From Dehalococcoidia bacterium (GTDB taxonomy: Bacteria; Chloroflexota; Dehalococcoidia; Lucifugimonadales; JADFKI01): a stretch of 64,000 nucleotides of DNA. This document shows positions 58,731 through 64,000 of the stretch, piece after piece. Below the pieces are notes generated by a model. That model saw only the letters and a program-made list of their open reading frames with translations, did not search any database and had not been told where the DNA came from. Numbering within the stretch: the first letter of the stretch is position 1; each line of letters begins with the position of its first letter. Location of the stretch: NCBI GenBank assembly GCA_963422525.1, contig OY730226.1, forward strand, positions 958,453-1,022,452. The letters are read 5' to 3'. Position numbers and translations under genes: made by a program.

Positions 58731-59623
58731 TAGGCAGAGTAATCGAGATAGCCAACGATGGGCGGCATCTCGCGCGCTCACGCGGGTTCATGACGGTATC
58801 CGTAAATGGCGAGGAACAGGGGCGCATCCCGCTGGACGACATAGCCGTTCTGCTCTGCAACGCGCGTGGTATGACCTACTCCAACGGGCTTATGACCGAG
58901 CTGGCGCGGCGCGGTTCTATCGTCGTGCTGTGCGGTCCTAATTATATGCCGACCGCCTGGATATGGCCCTTGGAAGGTCACCACCTGCAAACCCTGCGTA
59001 TGCGCTGCCAGTTGGAAGCGTCCAAGCCGCTGCGCAAACGCTTGTGGCAGATGATAATCAAAGCGAAGATTACGCAGCAGAGCAACACGCTCGATCTGCT
59101 GGAAATACCCGGCAGCAGCCTGAAATCGCTTGTGCGCCGGGTCAGGTCGGGCGACCCCGACAATGTTGAGGCGCAGGCGGCGCGGCTGTACTGGCGGCTT
59201 CTGTTCGGAAACGACTTCAAACGCGAACGCTTTGGCGCTATGCCCAATCCGCTCCTAAACTATGGCTACACCGTGTTGAGGGCGACGGTGGCGCGGGCGG
59301 TCGTCTCCGCCGGACTTCATCCGTCTCTCGGCGTCCATCATCATAATCGCGGCGATGCCATGTGTCTCGTTGACGACCTGATGGAGCCTTTTCGTCCGCT
59401 GATAGATTATGCCGTCGTTCAGCTGGTTGCGGCAGGGTGCGAAGGGGTAACTACAGACGCCAAGCGCGCGCTTGTGGGAGCGCTGGCAACCGACATGCAC
59501 ACGGACAGGGGCGTTTCGCCACTGCAAATCTGTCTGGAGCGCGCCGCTCAAACACTCGCCCAGTCGTTCGAGGACAAAAAGCCTTCGCTCACGTTCCCCG
59601 GCCAGCCCGTAGTGGCGCAATGA
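58727..59623 (+). CDS. cas1: CRISPR-associated endonuclease Cas1 (type II)
   Basis: 298 aa, with LNYGYTVLRATVARAVVSAGLHPSLGVHHHNRGDAMCLVDDLMEPFRP, typical of Cas1 NMENI/type II. Confidence 0.93.
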   Translation: MIGRVIEIANDGRHLARSRGFMTVSVNGEEQGRIPLDDIAVLLCNARGMTYSNGLMTELARRGSIVVLCGPNYMPTAWIWPLEGHHLQTLRMRCQLEASKPLRKRLWQMIIKAKITQQSNTLDLLEIPGSSLKSLVRRVRSGDPDNVEAQAARLYWRLLFGNDFKRERFGAMPNPLLNYGYTVLRATVARAVVSAGLHPSLGVHHHNRGDAMCLVDDLMEPFRPLIDYAVVQLVAAGCEGVTTDAKRALVGALATDMHTDRGVSPLQICLERAAQTLAQSFEDKKPSLTFPGQPVVAQ

Positions 59624-59633
59624 GAGTTGATCG

Positions 59634-59960
59634 GTGCTAAGCGGCTATCGGCTTATGTGGATGATGGTACTCTTTGACCTTCCCGTGCTCACGAAAACAG
59701 AGCGAAAGAACGCCAACAAGTTCAGAAAGTTCCTGCAAGACCAGGGCTTTGACATGTGCCAACTGTCTGTGTACATGCGCTTCTGCGCCGGCAAGGAACA
59801 GACGCAAGTCTATACGCGGCGTGTTCAATCCGCCTTGCCGCCGTCCGGCAATGTGCAGATTATCTATTTTACCGATAAGCAGTACGAGAACATCGTCAGT
59901 TTCAACGGACCGAAAAGAAATCCCTCCAATAAAAATCCGGAGCAGTTCGCGCTATTTTGA
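59634..59960 (+). CDS. cas2: CRISPR-associated endoribonuclease Cas2 (type II)
   Basis: 108 aa. MWMMVLFDLPVLTKTERKNANKFRKFLQDQGFDMCQLSVYMRF matches type II Cas2. GTG start. Confidence 0.9.
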   Translation: MLSGYRLMWMMVLFDLPVLTKTERKNANKFRKFLQDQGFDMCQLSVYMRFCAGKEQTQVYTRRVQSALPPSGNVQIIYFTDKQYENIVSFNGPKRNPSNKNPEQFALF

Positions 59961-60035
59961 CGCGGCAGACGCCATTTTCAGGCTTGCCGTCAACCTATAT
60001 GCGCCTGATGTCCACCTGCTGGAGCGGTCGGTCGA

Positions 60036-61518
60036 ATTATAGCCGAGGGGAGATCGGGGAACAACCGCAACAGCTTTGCTTCGGCACGCATGGCGTACCT
60101 GAATTATAGCCGAGGGGAGATCGGGGAACAACCGCAACACCTAGCACGATACGGCACATCGTATCTGATTATAGCCGAGGGGAGATCGGGGAACAACCGC
60201 AACTGAGGCTCAAAGCCGGCGCGGGCCGCAGTGATTATAGCCGAGGGGAGATCGGGGAACAACCGCAACAGTACGGAGATGCACTCGCCGATGCTCACGA
60301 TTATAGCCGAGGGGAGATCGGGGAACAACCGCAACTAGTATCGCATGCGCTTGCATGGCGATTTCATTATAGCCGAGGGGAGATCGGGGAACAACCGCAA
60401 CGTAGTGGCGCGGCGGCGGCATAGATGGTAATTATAGCCGAGGGGAGATCGGGGAACAACCGCAACGCGAGTGGACGGCTCTGTTCTGTTTGCCGATTAT
60501 AGCCGAGGGGAGATCGGGGAACAACCGCAACATAGGCGCGCTCTGGGCACGAGGGCGCTATATTATAGCCGAGGGGAGATCGGGGAACAACCGCAACTGC
60601 GCGGCGCACAGGGGGCTCTATGGGCAATTATAGCCGAGGGGAGATCGGGGAACAACCGCAACAGCGCTCGGAGTTCATCGGCTCGGAGTTTGATTATAGC
60701 CGAGGGGAGATCGGGGAACAACCGCAACGGCAAGCGCTTTGTCGAGATACTGGACGCATTATAGCCGAGGGGAGATCGGGGAACAACCGCAACCACTCCG
60801 TAGGACGCCATAGTCGCCGTAGGATTATAGCCGAGGGGAGATCGGGGAACAACCGCAACTATGCCTGAGTTGATGAAATTGTTCCGCTTATTATAGCCGA
60901 GGGGAGATCGGGGAACAACCGCAACAGCACTTTGCGAGTGTGCTGATAGGCTTGGATTATAGCCGAGGGGAGATCGGGGAACAACCGCAACATATCGAGC
61001 TCGTCGTCTTCGAAGGCGTCATTATAGCCGAGGGGAGATCGGGGAACAACCGCAACTACGGCGATGTGCGGCGTCCGTCCACCGAAATTATAGCCGAGGG
61101 GAGATCGGGGAACAACCGCAACTATGTCGTATCGGCGTCCCCCTGCTGCTGAATTATAGCCGAGGGGAGATCGGGGAACAACCGCAACTGTCCAGTGTCT
61201 TTGAGCCACGAGACGCTCATTATAGCCGAGGGGAGATCGGGGAACAACCGCAACCTCAGCATTTGCGTTACGCCGTCCAGATCAATTATAGCCGAGGGGA
61301 GATCGGGGAACAACCGCAACAACTCGGCCCGCGCGTCTGCCACGCTTTTTATTATAGCCGAGGGGAGATCGGGGAACAACCGCAACTACACACGCCGAAC
61401 GCCGTTGTCAAGGGTTATTATAGCCGAGGGGAGATCGGGGAACAACCGCAACAACTCGGCCCGCGCGTCTGCCACGCTTTTTATTATAGCCGAGGGGAGA
61501 TCGGGGAACAACCGCAAC
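60036..61518 (-). CRISPR. CRISPR array: 23 identical 36-nt repeats, 22 spacers of 29-31 nt, predicted to be transcribed on the minus strand
   Basis: The plus-strand repeat is ATTATAGCCGAGGGGAGATCGGGGAACAACCGCAAC, and its minus-strand form is GTTGCGGTTGTTCCCCGATCTCCCCTCGGCTATAAT. Repeat starts: 60036, 60103, 60168, 60234, 60300, 60366, 60431, 60496, 60562, 60627, 60693, 60758, 60824, 60890, 60956, 61021, 61087, 61153, 61219, 61285, 61351, 61417, 61483. Orientation is called from the GTTG start, the TATAAT end and the polarity of the tracrRNA terminator. Confidence 0.97.
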
Positions 61519-61530
61519 GCATTAACGCCG

Positions 61531-61878
61531 ATGCCATTACCCACGACCATGCCGCAAGTTGCTCTCACTGCCAACGCCCGCCTTGCCGCAAGTGATTGGC
61601 CCGACGCAACAAATGACACGCGCGCCAACACCGGGCACACTACCTCAGGAAGTGCGTATCAGCCCGCCAATTCAGCAAAGTCGCTGATACTTGTCGTGGA
61701 CACCTGCACGCCAACCCCCAAAATCGCAACGCCGGTGTTAACACCTACGCCTACCAACAATGCTACTGCCGTTCACATCGACGCGGCGGCATCATCTCTT
61801 GTGGATGTAGTTTTTATAGGAATAGCCACCGCGTTGGGACTAATTGCGCCGGCTTCCACCATGATAGTGCGGCGCTAG
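61531..61878 (+). CDS. Possible small Thr/Pro-rich protein with a C-terminal TM anchor, or a gene remnant
   Basis: This is the non-repeat tail of ORF 61195..61878, with ATGs at 61531 and 61549. It ends ...VVFIGIATALGLIAPASTMIVRR, followed by a weak hairpin (GTCGCG...CGCGAC, 61884-61907) and TTT. No RBS or homology recognised. Confidence 0.25.
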   Translation: MPLPTTMPQVALTANARLAASDWPDATNDTRANTGHTTSGSAYQPANSAKSLILVVDTCTPTPKIATPVLTPTPTNNATAVHIDAAASSLVDVVFIGIATALGLIAPASTMIVRR

Positions 61879-61951
61879 GGCATGTCGCGTCAGATGCTTG
61901 GCGCGACTTTGTCAGGAAGCGGCGAAATCGTAGTATCGCAGCCCGTATTGC

Positions 61952-63241
61952 CTACGGCTGACATATCTCCCGCAGCCGCTCGAAGTAGTCGGGGAATGTC
62001 TTCGATACCGTGTCCGGGTCATTGATGGTGATGCAAGAATCACCGAGCGCCGCCAGCGAGAAGCACATCGCCATGCGATGGTCGTTGTATGTGTCGATTG
62101 TCGCCGGCCGGATTTGCGCAGGCGGCGTAATCTCGATGTAGTCCTCACCCTCGACCACGCCTGCGCCCACCTTGCGCAACTCCGTCGCCATCGCCGCCAG
62201 CCTGTCGGTCTCCTTGACGCGCCAGTTGCGCACATTGCGTATCGTCGTCTTTCCCTCTGCGAACAGCGCCGTAACCGCGACCGTCATCGCGGCGTCCGGA
62301 ATGTGGTTCAGGTCGGCGTCTATCCCCGTCAGCTCGCCGCTCGAAATCTCTATCCAGTCGGCGCCGCTAGACACATTTGCCCCCATCTGCCGCAGCACAT
62401 CGGCGTGCGCTATATCCCCCTGGATGCTGTCGCCGCCGACGCCGTTCACGCGCACTGTCCCTCCGCCTATCGCCGCCGCCGATAGGAAGTACGACGCCGA
62501 CGATGCATCGCCCTCAACCAGTATGCTGCCCGGCGATTCGTATCGCTGTCCACCCGGCAGACGGAACCACTCGTAGCCGCCGCGTTCCACCTCGACGCCG
62601 AATCGACGCATCATATCGATAGTCATGTCCACATACGGCTTGGACACCAGTTCGCCCTCGACTTCTATCGTCAGCGGCGCAAGCGACATCGGCGCCGCCA
62701 TCAGCATACCCGTGAGGTACTGGCTCGATATGCTGCCCCGAATGCTGACGCTGCCGCCCGTCAGCCCGCCCGCCGTAATCTCCAGCGGCGGATACCCCGG
62801 AGCGCCGGCGTACTCGATTCGCGCCCCCACCCGTCGCAGCGCGTCAACCAGATCGCCGATTGGCCGCTCCAGCATACGCGGCTCGCCCGTCAGCGTGTAG
62901 CGCCCGTTTCCCGCGCATATGGCGGCGCATAGCGAGCGCATCGTCGTGCCAGAATTGCCGAGAAACAGCGTCGCCTCACTGTCGGGAAATGCGCCGCCCA
63001 GCCCCGTAACCTCACAGTGTGCGTCATCTTCCGAGCGCCGAATGCCCGCGCCCAGTGTGCCCAGCGCCTTCAGCATGTGGCTGGTATCGTCGCACTCTAG
63101 CAGATTTCGAACCTGCGTTGTGCCTTGTGCCAGCGCCGCCAGCAGCAGCGAGCGGTTCGACATGCTCTTCGAGCCCGGCAGTCGTATCTCACCTTGCACC
63201 CTGCGGATTGGTTGTAGCGTGAGCTGTTTCATAGGGTCCAC
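61952..63241 (-). CDS. aroA: 3-phosphoshikimate 1-carboxyvinyltransferase (EPSP synthase)
   Basis: [34 protein letters not shown] and DHRMAM motifs. 429 aa. Confidence 0.95.
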   Translation of the reverse strand: MDPMKQLTLQPIRRVQGEIRLPGSKSMSNRSLLLAALAQGTTQVRNLLECDDTSHMLKALGTLGAGIRRSEDDAHCEVTGLGGAFPDSEATLFLGNSGTTMRSLCAAICAGNGRYTLTGEPRMLERPIGDLVDALRRVGARIEYAGAPGYPPLEITAGGLTGGSVSIRGSISSQYLTGMLMAAPMSLAPLTIEVEGELVSKPYVDMTIDMMRRFGVEVERGGYEWFRLPGGQRYESPGSILVEGDASSASYFLSAAAIGGGTVRVNGVGGDSIQGDIAHADVLRQMGANVSSGADWIEISSGELTGIDADLNHIPDAAMTVAVTALFAEGKTTIRNVRNWRVKETDRLAAMATELRKVGAGVVEGEDYIEITPPAQIRPATIDTYNDHRMAMCFSLAALGDSCITINDPDTVSKTFPDYFERLREICQP

Positions 63242-63274
63242 CTTCGTCTAATCCATAATAATCTCTTTCAAGAA

Positions 63275-64000
63275 TTATAGCCGAGCGCGAAAATCTTTGC
63301 CGCGCCGCAGGAGGTAAATCTGCGGCGTGATGTAGCCTCCACTATGCGGCAGGCTGATGGGAATCGCCGCATGCGTATCCCAGCTGCGAACCACATCAAG
63401 CGCGCTAAGCAATGCTCGCTTGCGCGTCGTAATCACCACCAGCGAGGCGCCCGCAGCGCCCACCCTGTCCGCCTCTGCCAGAGCGGCGACATACAGCCCG
63501 GCGATGTCGCCGCTCCCTCCCAGCATGCCGTAAGGCAGGTCCGCCAAGATTGTATCCACCGATGCGTCGGATATCGGCAGTCTGCCGCAGTCCCCAAGTG
63601 CGAGCGCGACCGACGAGCGATGCCCCGCCGCGCGCAAGTTGCTATCGGCGTACTGCAGAGTTGTCGGGCTGATGTCCACCCCCGTCACGCTCTGCGCCTT
63701 ACCCATGCCCAACCGCTCCACCATCAGCGTGCCGGAGCCGCAGCAGATGTTCAGCATCCGCTCAGCCGGGCGTGCGCCGCCGAGCGACGCCATCACGCTC
63801 GCCACGGTCGCATTCAGCGCCCCCGGCATGTCGCGGACCCGCCACCTGCGCGCCGACAACGGCATAGCGCTTGTGCGTATCAGCGCCTGCCAATCGCCTT
63901 CATCGCCGCGCCGCACTGTAACTTGCAGATGAGCCGCAGTATTCGTCGCTTCCAGCTTTGTTGCAGCCGCAATCTCATTCCGCAGCCGCATGAATACGCC
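63275..64000 (-). CDS. Class I SAM-dependent (UPF0020/THUMP-associated type) methyltransferase, N-terminus outside the window
   Basis: SAM motif I LNICCGSGTLMVE and catalytic ILADLPYG. The frame stays open to nt 64000. Residues before motif I look like the end of a THUMP-type domain. Confidence 0.75.
   Translation of the reverse strand, partial: GVFMRLRNEIAAATKLEATNTAAHLQVTVRRGDEGDWQALIRTSAMPLSARRWRVRDMPGALNATVASVMASLGGARPAERMLNICCGSGTLMVERLGMGKAQSVTGVDISPTTLQYADSNLRAAGHRSSVALALGDCGRLPISDASVDTILADLPYGMLGGSGDIAGLYVAALAEADRVGAAGASLVVITTRKRALLSALDVVRSWDTHAAIPISLPHSGGYITPQIYLLRRGKDFRARL

Noticed and set aside
60104-61530. Many ORFs on both strands across 60.1-61.5 kb (e.g. 60859..61209 minus, and the repeat-covered part of 61195..61878 plus) with recurring peptides such as IIAEGRSGNNRN or RLFPDLPSAII.
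   Set aside because: These are translations of the 36-nt CRISPR repeat in different frames, not genes. Their periodicity equals the repeat-spacer unit of 65-67 nt.
61549-61584. A possible degenerate terminal repeat exactly 30 nt after the last repeat.
   Set aside because: Only about 13 of 36 positions match, mainly a CCGC-containing tail, which is not distinguishable from chance.
63274-63285. A 12-nt exact match (ATTATAGCCGAG) to the first 12 nt of the CRISPR repeat, 1.75 kb beyond the array, overlapping the stop codon of the methyltransferase gene.
   Set aside because: Similarity does not continue beyond 12 nt, and the bases encode the C-terminus (RARL-stop) of an otherwise normal gene. 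It is most likely chance, although the expectation in 2 x 64 kb is low. A genome-wide count of the 12-mer would settle it.

Overview
GC-rich (about 60% by eye) bacterial chromosomal segment. The taxon cannot be fixed from the sequence; the F420/LLM oxidoreductases, Uma2, NHL and DUF1800 genes would fit a Chloroflexota-like organism, but this is a guess. Most of the window is ordinary housekeeping and metabolism: an iron ABC transporter with a DtxR-type regulator, xseB-xseA-efp-pepP-aroQ, a small catabolic cluster (RraA-like, 2-hydroxyacid dehydrogenase, cupin, ThDP enzyme), malate synthase plus malic enzyme, an ino1-GT4-CDP-alcohol phosphatidyltransferase cluster, hflK-hflC, ybeY, dnaX-ybaB-recR-recO, dprA-topA and aroA. 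The clearly accessory part is an island of about 8 kb (about 53.6-61.5 kb) between a lipoprotein gene and aroA. It holds a decayed IS1-family element with recognisable terminal inverted repeats, a candidate tracrRNA divergent from cas9, a compact type II-C cas9-cas1-cas2 operon (Cas9 1097 aa, catalytic motifs intact), and a 23-repeat/22-spacer CRISPR array. Each 36-nt repeat carries a near-complete sigma70 promoter (TTGTTC-N17-TATAAT) on the minus strand. The candidate tracrRNA has an anti-repeat that appears to be split by a 28-nt insertion, which I consider the most unusual feature of the window. Other accessory signals are a beta-class DNA methyltransferase fused to an Mrr-like nuclease domain sitting inside the conserved dnaX-ybaB-recR operon, an apparently lower-GC remnant of a restriction-modification pair whose convergent genes were fused tail-to-tail by a deletion, an ADP-ribosylglycohydrolase pseudogene, and a MITE-like tandem/inverted repeat cluster. 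All calls rest on motif recognition by eye and the supplied ORF track. No database search, HMM search or RNA folding was run.
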